From assembly GCF_036588685.1 (NCBI RefSeq), contig NC_086374.1, forward strand, positions 72,850,001-72,914,000: a stretch of 64,000 nucleotides of DNA. Reading direction: 5' to 3'. This DNA comes from Mytilus trossulus (Eukaryota). Each line of letters opens with the position of its first letter. Position 1 is the first letter of the stretch. The position numbers were made by a program, and so were the translations under genes. Below are positions 38,638 through 53,600 of the stretch, in pieces. A model generated the notes under the pieces. That model was given only the letters and a program-made list of their open reading frames with translations. It had not been told where the DNA came from and ran no database searches.

Positions 38638-41600
38638 ATGGGTCGCTGGGGAAATGCCCGGCTTGTCCGACGTGACAGTCCAACTTTTGAGGATGTTGAG
38701 CTCCGTTCAAACCGAAGATTGATCGAACAGGTAAACCATAAAATTACAATAATGTAAAAATGTTCACCCAAGGTATTAGTTTTAGTGTTTTTAAAGCACC
38801 AGAGCATTTATTCAGCAGGGTTTGTATTCACAAATATCCCTCCAAATATGTAGTATAACACTTCAATTAACTTAATTATATTTAGAAGCACTTATTTATT
38901 GACATATTTCACTTGCCACAATTTTTTAGCAAGAGTTATTTCCCTTGACACAATCTTGGAACAAATCTAGCAGTTAGTTATCATCATAGCTGGATTTTCA
39001 TGTGTCACAATTTTCAAGCAATAGTTATTTCCTTTGACACAATCTTGGAAAAGACCTAGACGTTAGTTATGATCATAACTGGATAACAAATAAAAATAAG
39101 TTTTTTACTTGATTTATTTAATATAGGCATTTACTCCTCAGTTCTACCTTATTTATAGATGTAAAAGTGATACATGAGGGTAGAAATGACGTTTAACATC
39201 AGGCTTCAAACGGTAATTTCAGCTACTGCCATTGTCAAATTGGTTAAAATCTCATCATGTTTCGTCAGAGTTCTTAAAATATTTTCATCAACTTGATTCG
39301 TGAAGATCAGTAGATTTTTTTTATCGTCTAATAAAGTGTTTTGTCATCATGCACCAAAAAATACTGAAACGTTTTGACAGTTATATGCCAAGAAGGTACC
39401 CCCATTACAACCCTCATGCATTTATGGTTCAACAATGGTCAGATGCAAAATAAATGCAGAAAAAAAAATGTTTGAAGTCAACTGACAGCTCAATGCTTGT
39501 ATTCAATGCTTGTATTCATTCTTTGTGCAGGAGGCAAAATTTGTTTTGGTTTTATTTTGTGTATTATTTATCTTGTGTTGCTTCTTGCTGATATCAAAAG
39601 ATTATAAAAAATAACTTTCATTTATATCAGTTGGACTGAAATTTATGCACATGATTTTGATGCATTTCAGTTTTCCTAATGAATTAAGCCTGTAATAAAG
39701 AATTCTTCAAAACAAAAACTTGTAAATGTTCTTTTGTTAATATAATTGTTAGTTTTATAATCAATAAAAGACCAATAGCAAATAAATATGTCATATAACT
39801 AAAGTTTTCAATGTAAGAAGTTACACAATTTGTCACTGAAACTTTATTTAAAGAGTGCATTTGTCATTTGAAAATATTAAAAATCTATTCAAGTTTGTCC
39901 ATCATCAGAAAAAAAAGTCAATTATGTGCGCCATTATGACGTCATTTAACATATAGAGTCTGAGAGGATCGCCTCATCCCTGCACTACTTACGTTCATCA
40001 AGCGTCTTAGTGATCGTAACTGTACAGGATAAAGTAGAAGTAATGTTTGTTCTGTAGGTACTTACATGTAATGCTGACTGTCATTTATGAGAATTTAATT
40101 TGCTGAATTATTGGTGCAATATAGCTGCAGCATCATAGTTTTTGATGACACCCTTAAATGCATGCATGATGTTCAATTAAACCAGAGATTTTGACAGAAA
40201 TGCATCCAACTTGAAAGTTGTCTATTGAAATACAATTCAGCATCAAATATTTTAAAAGTAAAACCACAAATAACTGAACTCTGAGGAAAAACTCAAATGG
40301 AAAGTCTCAATTGTATGGCATAATCAAAATGGTTTTGCTTAGATACTGGTTTGACCTATGACATATGGTTTAGTTGGTGTTTGTTAACTTCTACAAAAAT
40401 GTGTATAACAGTTTATCATCTTATAACTTTTTGTTAAAGATCTGATTCTACACCTACAACAATCTTTCATTGAATACATTAATAGAAAAGGAGTGTTTCT
40501 TATTAACATAAAATGCATGAATGACTAAAACTGGATTTGTAGGAATCTAGTAGTAAATTGATTCTATTGGAAAGGTTAATATTTGTTATGTTGAGAAATT
40601 TTTCGTAGATATTTGTAAATTAAGGAAGAAATTGTCAATGAGACAATTTTTTTTAATTTAATTATGTGATCAGTTGTATTGCCCTTTTGTGAGTCATCAG
40701 GAACACATATATTGTTAGATATACTGTTCCCAGGAGTCATACATTTTTTCATACAGGAAATATTTGGACAAAAAGTATCAATCAAAAAATGAAAGAAAAC
40801 TTTTCAAGGGCTGATTTTGTGTGTCAGAAAGTTCATTCATATTTACATCCCATATATATATATGATGTCCATGTTTTGTGGAGTGAGGAACTTGTAAATC
40901 AGTGGACAATAAGTTCTAGAGTTATTTCCCTTATCATAGACATTGAAATTTTGTATAACAAAAGTAAATTTAAAGGATGCATAATTTATGGATTAAAATG
41001 CATTTCAATTATATAACAAAAAGTGTTTAATCTCATTAGTTAAAAATAAGTATCAATAAGGTGTATGCCTCAGAATTCATGGTTCACTGAGGCTGAACAT
41101 GGACACAGTGCAAGAAGGAAAGAGTTGATATCAAAATCTATTCTTGTTGAATTTACATTTTTTTAGTCTAGGAGAAAAGGCTTTAAAATCATATTTTCAC
41201 CATCTATTTTTAATGTTTTATATATATATTTTTTTAACAGTTCAACTGATTTATTTAAGTTTGATATGGTTCTGAACAGCATTGTTTAAAGTGAGTGTTA
41301 TAAACATAATATAGTCAAACTGTTAATAAGGATTAATGCATTAAAATTCATTAATTTCATATGGGGTTCTGTTGGGATTGTAATTTATATGAATATAAAG
41401 TTCTTTCACATTTTGTTTATATATTCTGATATAAAGAATAAAAATAAACAATATTTTCTTTCATAACTAAAAGAAATACTGTATAAATGAAATTTATTGA
41501 TATTTAATCATAAAAACAATCCACCCATTGAGATTCCATATCAGTTTAATCAAGGGTCCCCTTTATTTTCACCTCTGTGTATTACACCTAGGAAACAAGT

Positions 41601-44600
41601 AGTTTTTTACCTGGACATATTTTTTATTTTGTATAATTAAAAATTGATGGACTACTGGCCACAATGACAACTATTTCACCATGTAAGTAAAAGTAATGGT
41701 CAGTTTTATCCCTCTTTTGTGGCATTTTATGTTGTTCTTAAAATTGGCTAGAAGGAGTAAGCATCGTAAATATTATTACTGATATATACTTCAAATTCTT
41801 TTTGATCCTTTGTTAATAGTGTAAAAATATTTTTATAATTGATTTGACATTGTTTTTACAACATGACCCAGATTGACATATTTATAACATATAGTTTACA
41901 TGCCTTTAAGCTATTTTTTTTACAAATTTATTGGTAGGGGAAATCTTAAGGCATATTAATTATTTGTCCTGAAGAAGAGTTAAAATAATTTGCATCCATT
42001 GTTTGACATCATATAGAAACATATAAAGCATATCAGAGACATATATATTAGTATGTATCTGGCTATATATCTTAACATCCAAATAGCCATGTCCTATAAG
42101 AATATAAGATAAACACTAGTAGATTTTTAAAAAACAAACTCTTATTTTGCTAGTGGGTCTCTTTTGCTCTTCTTAATTGCAATCTTTTTATAATTCCCTT
42201 GATACAGTTCATTTAATTTAAACCCATATTTATACATGAATTGTTGGAAAATGCCATATTACTACGTTAATTTCCTAAGCAAAATTGCAAGCTAAACATG
42301 TTACAGCATTTTGAGGCTACATGTATTTGAAGTCCCTTTTTGGGAAGAAAAACAATGGATACACATTCAAAACCAAATTAGATTATTACGAACAAAACCT
42401 GTTTTTCTAGTTTGTTCAGAATTGTTTTTAACAGAAAAAAAACTTTATACATATGTAAATGTATATAAATTAAAATGCTTACTTATTTTAGTCAAAATAA
42501 CTGTTTTAAAAAAAGTTCCATATCTGTACGAGGGTCAAATATTTCACATGTTTCCAAGTTATATTTTGTGGGTAAATTTCCCCCTTAATTGTAGCTATAA
42601 TATTCTAATGTCAAATGTATTAAACAACGTAAATCATCTGGATCAAACAACAATAAAAAAAACTCTTGAAAAAAAACCTGATATTTTTCTTATGATAAAT
42701 TTTTTGGTTTAATTTTCAATTTAGGATGTATTTTGTCAAATTTTTTGTCAGATACTTGGGCTTCTGAGATCAATATTATAAAGGGTAAAATACTTTGCTT
42801 CACAACACCCATTGTTTCCTACTTTGGTTTCTAAACTTATTAAAGTTGAAATTGAGCATTCCAATGTCCACACTGTCAAATGATTAATTACTTAAACATA
42901 TATATGTTCATGTTTTTACAGATGAAACTAAAAAGAAATCAAACTTAGGAATACTAAAGCCATTAGAATGGAATGCTACTGGGTTTACATATTTATTGGT
43001 AATACAGTGTGACAGTTTGAACATTTTGTGCCATTGCATGCTGTGTTCATCATATGTTGATATCTGTGTTGGGTTTCTGGTCAAATCATTGAGAAAAAAC
43101 ACAAACAAATAACACAGAGGAAAGAAATTGTTCCTTGTTCGTAGAAACGTTTAAAAAAAAAAGATAAACTTTTGTGTTCTTGTCACAATAATACCTTATT
43201 TTACATGATATTTGATACTAGAGTCTAGACGTGATCAATATTGAGAATGTCAAAACTGAAAATGAAAGGACCATGAATTCAACACTGATATCAACATTAA
43301 ATTAAACCTAAATATTTCCCCTTGCCTAAAGAATGTTAAAATACAAATCAATTTATTTTTTATACAGCCAAATATGATTTTGAGAAAACTGATACAGTTG
43401 GTTTCTTGGAGAGGGTGAGAATATGATTTAATTCATGTACATTGTAGTATTATCAAAGAGCTTACAATTAATTTGAATGTTTTGGATAAAGGTTCACCAC
43501 ACATAATCATATTATAGACTTTGTACAGTTGACACGAAAAAATTCTAATGAAAGGAAATGGTTAAAATTATGAAACAGTAAATATTTATTTGATGATTTT
43601 TTTGGGTATATTTTTCAAAATAATTCATGTAATTAAAAATTTTAGTTAAAGAGACATAACCCAACCTGAATAGACCCTTAAAATGAAATTATGATCCTGT
43701 TTGGTGAACCATATAGGCTGAAGTAACAAATCTTCTTTTCTTCTACTTTTATCAATTTCTTTGGCTGATATCTCAAGTTTTATAATCACAGGTGTAGTCA
43801 TTGTTCATGAAAGATCTCCTCTAGTTCAGCCAATCTTAGTGATTATGTCCCACAATGCAATTGTCTTTACAATCACTTTAGATTTTAACTGGAAGCTGAT
43901 TGGTGTTATAGATATACAAATGTATCTAGATTTTAACATGTAGATATGTCTGCTAGACTATCACTTGTTTGTATTATAGTCAATGCCTTGGACATCTATA
44001 TCATTGGTTGTTTGTTCAATGTCCAGTGGCAAATATTTCATGCATTTTGTGTGAAGTTTTCATCTGACTTAAATGCAGGTTTACATTTTCATGATTCTAT
44101 CCCCTATATAAATCAATACTTTTCCTTATTAAGTGACCTTTTGATTAAAAATACATGTCTAAATATTTTGTAAATTTGATTCATCAATTGAACTGTTGTA
44201 AGATGTCTACTAGATGTGTCACATCTTATAATTACCTTGACATAATCTATATGATTCAATCATTGTATTGTTCTTATTAAGTTATGTTATTAGGTCAATT
44301 CTTTGGTTTCTAGGTATTAATAAGTATACTAATATATGTAAACTGATAATAAGTGGCTATAATATTACCTAACCAAAGTTTTACATTTAATTTTTATTTG
44401 GTCTCTTACATGCTGACAGTGGCGGATCCAGAACTTTTCTTAGGGTTGGGACTGGGCCCGCTGACTGGCCTTAAGGGGGGCTCCAGTCATGCTTCAGGGA
44501 TTTTCTATATAGTCAACCAAATTTTTCCCACCTAAGGGGGGGGGGGGCAGGCCCCCTGGATCCGCCTATGGTAGGTACAACATCTTTGCATGTTCACATT

Positions 44601-47600
44601 TATTTTGTTTAGAAGTATAATGTACAAGGATTTGGATTACAGCATATATATTATTATAATATCCATGTTCATTATCATCATGTTCTCTTACATACAATGT
44701 GTTTACATTCACTGTTTTCATACACTATTAGTGCTTGCATCTGTATGATAATTTACTGTTTTGAGGGGAGGGTTCTAGAATTGAACTAAAATTTATAGAC
44801 TGTGCTTCTGGTCATGACTTGAAGCCATTATTTATAACATTGACTTGATAATTCATATGGGACTTGACAACACAATTGTTCATATGGACTACCAACCCAT
44901 TAACTATCTTCTCAACTTATAAACTTTGATATATATAGATAGCTTTAATATTAATGCTGTAGTTGGTTGCTGTCTGTCATATTTTTTTCATTTCATCCTT
45001 CTTTTTTTGGTTTCAATTGTTTCCCTTTTTGTCATGTAAAGGCAGTTAAACATGTAGCTGACTTAATTAAATGTATGAGTTTGCTTATTGTTGAAGGCAG
45101 TACAGTGTCAAATATTTGCTAAAATGCAAGTCATTGGGACTCGTGTGGATAATTGTCTCATTGGCAGTTTTACCAAATCTCATAATTTTTATTTCTATAT
45201 ATAGTCCGTATACATAATATTGAGAATGTTAAATTGATGAAAAGAATTCTCAGTATTTGATCAAAAGAAGAACGCCTACCAATGTACTCAAATAAAAAAA
45301 TGTTTTCAAGGACTTTTAAATGTTTAGTGTGTCAACAGTGTGTTTCCTTATGTATTAATCCATGTCTGTGTTCTGAATACTAACTGAATTAAACTGCTTT
45401 AACACTCATGAGTGTTACACTGCTTGTAGTGTGGTATTTGCACTGAATTGACATGTTTTTATATAGCTTAGCTTAATAGCTAGGATGTCCATATATTAAA
45501 CTTAAAACATACTTGTACTTTCATTTCTCAGAATGTATAGTTAACAATAGACTGATGAGGTTTTTTTGATTTACAAAATGTATACACAAGTCTGCCTTTA
45601 CATAAATTAGATGTTGAAGATCAATACAATAATGTTTTGTCATTTTTTTACCTGTCTTCAAATGGAATCGGTAAAACTTCCAGGTAGTCCAGTGTGCCCA
45701 CTTCCAAGCCAAACATATATTTATTTGTTCACCATAAAATTAAATTGCAATAACCTGAGTCTACAGTATTTGCAAAATTGACCTACCAATGTACTCTTTT
45801 ACTTTCAATAGACTATGATTTAAAATTCAATATTATTGGATTTTTTTTTATTAAAATTCAATGCTAAATATGTGAATTTTTTTAAATTCAATATGTGTGA
45901 AATTTAATTGTACACAAAAGTACCCACCAATCAGAATATTTCTTCAATGTTCATTAACAACTGGAGTAATACTACTGACAAGTCGTGAGATGACAATGCA
46001 TCTTTTCATTCTGATCAAGGATTTGAATAATGAATATTCCTTGATCTGATTAGATGACATTAATCTTACATAACAATAAGAATTTGCAAGTGAAGAATTT
46101 AAAATGTGTATCTCTCAATCAGTGTTTAGAATTACATAATTATTTTTAACAGTATTATCAGGTCTACCACGAATTGGTCATGCTTCAGTACCCACCCATT
46201 GTTCTCTCTGTGTATTTAATCCTGTGTGTTTTAAATCTTTATTTGTTCGTTTAAACTTTCGGAGACCACAGGTTTTATTTGCCGGTCAATACAATTACAT
46301 GTATGCTTGTTTGACCACTTTGCAACATTAGGCTGCATGTAGGACTACTGTTAATTGTAGAATTTCTTTTGTATGACCACATTTGATCGGCTGCCGTGAC
46401 AATTTAAGCATACAGTGGAATTCGCTCATTTTGATTTTTTCTATGAAAAAAGGTAGGATTTTTTTTGCCACTTGAATGAATTTGTTTGAAGAATTGTTAA
46501 TAAAATCTACATCTATTAAATGTTAAGTGCTAGAAAAATTACAATAAAAAAGCATTTAAATATATTCAGGGTGTAAAATCATCATGGGCACTCAAGATTT
46601 TTATTTTACCTGAGTGTGGTCACTTATTTTAACAATACAAACATTTAAATTTTGACCTAAAAAGATATTGTTTACTGTTGAATAATAATATAAGTCTACA
46701 ATATCAGTCGGCTCATTGATTAATTGGAATATATTATTTTTAATTTGATTAAGAGGTTCATGTTTATCAATAATTTATCGTTCACGGAAGACTTAATATA
46801 GGTGAAAATATATAGAACTTAACATAAGAGAAATAATGTCAAAATAGTGAATTCCACTTTAAGCTTGAATTGATTTCCAATACCTTCATTTTTGGTGTCA
46901 GAAGATAGAACACAGCATTGTAGAAGATTGTCAGAATAGATTTATTTTGTAATTCTTATATGGAGTCTGGATATCTTTGTGCAAGATTTGAAAAGTAGAA
47001 TTTTTCGTATTTAGTAGCTTTATATCAAAACTATGGAATATCGCCAATCTAGATCTGAAATATATCTCCAACCAGAAATAGGTAATTACCGCCAGCCTCG
47101 TTCAGAAATGCGTGTTTCTGGTCGGTCTTACAGACAACCTAAGCAAAGAACAGTGCAGTATGTTACAAGGGAACAACCCAGATATATTGTTAGACAAAAT
47201 GAGGAATTATCACCACAATATGTGGTCAGAGAGAGGAGTAGGTCACCATATACGATAAGTAATGGTCAATCTCCGCAATATGTGGTCAGGGAAAGGAGTA
47301 GATCTCCATATATGATAAACAATGGTCAATCGCCTCAATATGTGGTACGAGAAAGGAGTAGATCTCCATATATGATAAGTAATGGTCAAACTCCTCAATA
47401 TGTGGTCAGGGAAAGGAGTAGATCTCCATATATGATAAGTAACGGTCAATCTCCGCAATATGTGGTCAGAGAAAGGAGTAGGTCACCATACATGATTACT
47501 AATGGGGACTCCATTTCACCTCGCTATATAACAGAAAATCCATATGCTGTGAAAGATAGAAATATTCTTCTGTCAAATGGAAATACACGTTATGTAAGCA

Positions 47601-50600
47601 GATATCAACCTAGGCCCCTTACAGAAATGGAGTTAGATATGTACAAGGTATACTATATTTTTTGTTCCTTAATACATTGAACACGATTGTCATTATGTAT
47701 TCATTAATGCAATGATATCCCTAGTTTCAGTGCGTAAGGCTCAGTGTTCATGCTATATTAGTTAAAGCTCTAGTTTTAATACGACCGCAAAATTTGAAAA
47801 TATTTGCTCCATAAGTATTATTGGTATGACATTGGCGTTGTCGTCGTCCGAAGAATATGGTTTGCCCACTATAACTTAAGTATAAGTAAATAGAAATCTA
47901 TGTAATTAAAACACAAGGTTTATGACTATAAAAGGAAGGTTGGGATTGATATTGGGAGTTTTGGTCCCAACAGTTTAGGAATTAGGGGCCAAAAGGGGCC
48001 CAAATAAGCATTTTTCTTGGTTTTTGCACAATAACTTAAGTAGAATTTTAAAAGAAAGCTATGCAATTTTAACATAAGGTTTATGACCACAAAGTTTTGG
48101 AGTTTTGGTCCTAACAGTTTAGGAATTAGGGGCCAAAAGGGTTTCAAAATTAAACTTGATTTCATCAAAAAATGAATTAATGGAGTTCTTTGATATGCCC
48201 AAACTTACCGTGTATTCAGATTCTTAATTTTTGGTCCTGTTTTCAAATTAGTCTACATTAAGGTCCAAAGGGTCCAAAATTAAACTTAGTTTGATTTTAA
48301 AAAAAAATAAATTCTTGGGGTTTTATGATATGCTGAACCTAACTATGTATTTAGATTTTTGATATTGGACCAAAAAAAGGTAAATGTCCAAATTTTTTTT
48401 TTTAAAGTTTTTAAGTTTCAGTTCTTAGACCACATTCATTCTATGTCAGAAACCTATGTTGTGTCAACTATTTAGTCAAAATCAAAATTCAGAGCTGTAT
48501 CAAGCTTAAATGTTGTGTCCATACTTGCCCCAACTGTTCAGAGTTCAACCTCTGTGGTCGTATAAAGCTGCACCCTGCAGAGCATCTGGTTTTGTTTGAA
48601 ATATTCAGATATTGTTTCTACCACTCTTAAAATTAAATGTACAGAACAAAAGTATAAGTAAAAGAGCCTGTAGAAATTTTCTTGTGAGTTCATCTTAACT
48701 TCCTCACGATGTTTATGATTTTTTAGCGCAAAATCGTTTAAAAAAATTGTCTCCTGAGTATTGGATCATCCTTGCACTCTATATACAGTTTTCTGAAATA
48801 ACTATCCAGCATTTACAAAGTATTTTAAGTATTTAAGGTAAAGAAATATTTCATAGAGGACTTTATTTTCACATATGTGTTAATTTGACCTTCTTACAAA
48901 CTTCTGAATTCTTTGTGTAATGAAATCTTTGTATTATGGATCTTATTGTATCTTTAGAGAGATTGGTACTGAACATTAAATTAATTTTGATTCTAAAATA
49001 AGACATAACGATTAAAGATTTATCAAACTTTCCTTGAGGTAATTTCTACCTAGGGTTAACATAAAGGATTATATATGTAATTTAATACAGTCTAGAAACT
49101 GTCTTATTGAACCTTGAAGATATTTTTATCACAATATAAATTCTTTATCTGTTAAAAAAACGCCCAACTTTACCAAGTTGAATGATTGAATACTGTTTGC
49201 CTAACATCCAGTGGCAAATATTTCGTGCAAATTCAGAAGTAGAAATGATGGACAAATTAATGCAGGAGATGAATAAACCCCTTTATTTTACAAAAGTGGT
49301 GTACGGGTTCTTCAAAATAGGTTAACCAGGTTGAAAAGAGCTTTGAATGGCTTCATTTGAAGGTTTTTGTATAGTTGTCTCAAAGGCATTCATACTGCAT
49401 ATCCTTACTTAATATTAGAATGTAGATGGCTTAAAAAAGTGGATGCTGGAAAGGGAAAGAAATTCTGCCTTGCAAAATGCTACTGAAAGGCCTCTCAAAG
49501 AGTTATTATAATTGAAACATGGCTATCACCATGATCAAGCATTGGTTTATATGTAACTATTCTAAATCGATATGACTGCATATTTATAATATCCTGCAAT
49601 GAAACAAATGCCCTATATGGGTTTAACTACCAAATGGAAATCTGGGCGAACATGCTTCTTTACCCTTTCAACTGTCAGGGTTAACAGGAAGGATTTCTAT
49701 AAAAAAAAATCTGTTAGATCATTATAAGGACAAATATATTTCTTTGAAAATCAAATTCATACTTTCTGAACTGATAAGAATATGTTGTCAAAAAGAAAAT
49801 TTTCAGTTTGAGAATTTTATTTCTTAAAAAGCATCTTAAGGGGGAAAATTATGACTATATAATTGAAAATGAGAATTTAAATATTAATGATAATGGCATA
49901 TATATATCAGTGACGTTTAGATATTGTACTTGAGATGCACGATTACTGTTGTTATAGAAATGTAAAATGAAGATTGTTTTGTGTGAGTCTGACAGGATTT
50001 TCCTGATATTGTCAAATATTTTATTTCATGATTAATACTTTCTTATATGTAAATAATTTATTACAGATCAAGTGACATTGAAAAGAAAAATGCTTACTAA
50101 AGGACTTTCAGTGCATCCTTTACATCAATTCTAAGAGAGTCAATTTTAATCAGGAACACAAGTCATTTATATTTTGATAAGATGCATATTATTTTCTACT
50201 TAAAATTAGAACATTATGAATTGTTAAAATCTTTGCAAAATCTGGAATTTTCAACCCTTGACCTTTAACCCATTCATGAGAAAATTAAAAAGTACAAATA
50301 CAAGATGACTTGGCAGAAAAAAAAGAACACATAATCAGCTTTTTAAAACCTATACTTGGCATAGAACCTTGCTGGGTGGGTGTATTGGACTTTAAATTTA
50401 TATGCCTGATGTCATGCAAATTTTCATCATAATTAGACAAGCATTTTGTCATGTTAGTGGGATGTTGGAATCTGTATACCTTGATCAAATATGAATGATA
50501 TTGTATGTAGTAATGCTAATTTGTTTTCCTATAAGACAGTAAGACTTCAAAGCTGAGGAGAGATATGTAAAACTTATGTTGTAAACTTGCAACAACTAGT

Positions 50601-53600
50601 AGAACCCAAAGGGTAGAAATAGCAATTGTTGAAGGCATATGTTTGATAGACTGGTTTCCTGTTATTTTAATATTGAGTCCTTGTTCTGATAAAGGTCATA
50701 AAATACCTCCAATGTTAAAGAGTTATCTCTTATTTTACCTGTTTATTATTTATATATCTCAAATTCATTATTTATGAGTGATTATCCATTTCCTTATGTT
50801 CTAATGGAGTACCTTAAATGTTAAAGAGTTATCTCCCATTTCCTCAGTTCTAATAGAGCAATTCGACTGTTTTTTTATTAGAGTACTTTCAATGTATTTA
50901 AAGTTATCTCCCATCTGACCTGTTCTATAAGAGTGTCTTTAATTTCAAGGAGTTATCTCCCATTAAATATAAAAAGTGGGTTTAATTTTTCATTTTATTG
51001 TTGAAAATGTATAGTTAAATAACGCTTAAATGAATTAAGATGCTTTCTAAGAGTTTAACATAATTGAATTAGTTATAACTAAGAAGTATATCTTTTATTT
51101 AAGAAATAATTCCTTCATGTCATGCTCTATGCTCATTTTAACATGGGTAGGCATTATATTTGTCGATATTTTACACTGAGCGTTTATTTTAACATGGGTA
51201 GGCATTATATTTTCAGATATTTTACACTAAGCGTTAGAGAGGTGTAAAATGTTGTCAAATATAATGCCTAACCATGTTAAAATGAGCAAAGAGCATGACA
51301 TGAAGGAATTATTTCGATTCTAATATGACAAATACAATATATTTATAGATTGAAGCGTACGAAAATACCGTCAGAATGTTTGGCTGTTCTCGTGTCCTCC
51401 CCTAGGAGTTTGTATATTACATTTCATATTTGATAAGTTTAAAAACAACGAGCAGGGCAAATATATGTTGTTTGATAAAAATATATAATAAAAGTTTATG
51501 TTAGCTGCTGAAATGTAAATATTTAAAAGGATAACGATGGAAATAACGTTAATATAAACAGTAAGTCCGTGCGCATGTGTCAAACATATTTTTTGTGCTC
51601 ATTAGAACACGGCTTTGTTAACAAAGCGTAGTAAGGACGTCATATTAGAATAAAATTATTTATCTGTACTTGATATATATTTGCTGATCAACAAATCTGA
51701 ATACAGCATTATACTATTTAAGTAGCATTTAATGTAGCTTTAATGTGTTCAAGGTCTGAAAACTTTGAAACAACTATAAAGTCAATAATAAATCAGGTTC
51801 ATCTTATAACTATAACTCTGCATAAATTATTGAAGTTTCTTTTTGTTGTGTTGATATTATAAATCATGACCCCCATACAACTTAATCAAGTCTGAAATGT
51901 ATGTCTGTTCTATATTTTTTTTAATAATAATTATATTTTTTTCTTCTTTTTCATTTTCATGACAACAGAGATACAAGCCAATATTTGATCGGGTGAGTAC
52001 CTCATTTTTGCAGAATTCTTATGTGGTAGATACTTAGGTACTATTCTTCTAATTATAAATGAGGCTGAAATTGACCAGAAATTAACAGATACCATGTGAT
52101 TATTTGTTGACATTATTCAGTGATTAGCAAGATGATTAGTTTCCAAATTGTACCATCAATTGTACTATATTTTTAAAGTTGTCAATCTATCTATTATATT
52201 GTGAAAACTTGCTTTTTTCTCATCGTGTGAACAAATTCTTAATATAAAATTCTTTACAATTTGTACGTTTATCAGAATATAGAATCAAACTATTGAAAAG
52301 TTTCACACTGCATTTAGTCTGCCAACTGTCATGTGACATTCAATTGATTCAAGGTTAATCTCTTAAAGATATTGTTGACATAAGATTTTTTATGATTTAG
52401 AAAGCTTTCTCTTTTTTTTTTGGTATTTTTATTTGTATTTATTGATAATTATGGAATTCACTCAACCATTGTGTCAACAACACACATTTCCTTAAGATAA
52501 CGTAGTATAAAATCACTGAAGAGAAAAAAAATAAAACCATTAAAATAGAGTGAAACCTGTTTAAATTGAACTGCTTCCTCAGACAATATTTATGGTTTTG
52601 ATTAGATATTTAATGGTAATAAGTATAAGTTTAAATCACAAAAATGTACAAAATAATGGCGTTAATGGAAGAGGTCAATTTCAACAGGTTTTGCTGTATT
52701 ATGAAATACCAAGCTAACTGTGATAACTACAATAAGATCATGTTTAAAAGTTCATGTAAAGGTTTGCTTATTTTTGGTGTCAAATTAGTTAAAATGGGAA
52801 ACAAATACCTTAGACCCATGATCGATGGTGCAATAACAAGGTCATGAAGAACATTATAATCAGCATCTCAGTCATGAAAATAATTATAATATTTCAGAAT
52901 CAAATTAATAAAAACTCTTTGATTCAGGGTTTTAAAAAAAATACCCTTTGCCTAAACATTGAGTCAGCTGAACATGACTTTTCCCCCTGCCTGTTTTAAA
53001 TCTTTTGCTTATGTTGCTGAAGATATTTAGGTCTATCACCAGAAGTTCATAATCAAGGGGAAGACATTCATACTACTAAAGGAAGAGACCACCAATTTTT
53101 TTTTAAAATAATCCAATTCAAACCGGACTGTGTCATATATGCTTTCAGGCATGTTTAGTCACCACGAAATTTAAAAACTTTTGTCTCAACACTTGCTAAA
53201 TTGAACCACGATTTTGCAGGCATCTTCTTAGTTGTTAAGAATTAGGAATGTTATTAGGTTATTTCTCTAATTTGGATGCTGTATCATTGACATATTCCTT
53301 TTCTAAGTACTGTACAGAACAACTGCTGTTTCTTGACAAGTTTTTTTTTTATTGTAGCATGAACCTGATGGCGTACCTCTCAATCTCCTGAAAGAAGAGT
53401 TAAAAGATGAAGGGATCACAGATCATATCCCAGAGGCCAGGCTACATCGTATCCTTGACAGAGCCGATCGGGATGGAGACGAAAGAATTGATTTTGTGGA
53501 ATTCATGAAAATGGCAAGTACATGTATATTTACCGAGTTATAATAAAGTTGAATGGTAAAAGGGTTGTCCTTTTTATACTAGTATATCATAAAACAGTAA

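Noticed and set aside
46443-46458. ATG AAA AAA G|GTAGGA as a fourth rhomboid first exon
   Set aside because: Phase 1 with no compatible downstream partner found; at most a non-coding exon.
11273-47458. Antisense or alternate-frame ORFs at 11273, 32767, 32855, 38062 and 47243
   Set aside because: Shadows of real coding exons with no independent support.
50710-50965. Recurring GAGTTATCTCCC motif as a regulatory cluster
   Set aside because: It also occurs inside repeats elsewhere (e.g. ~36305, ~61710); most likely decayed transposon-derived tandem units.
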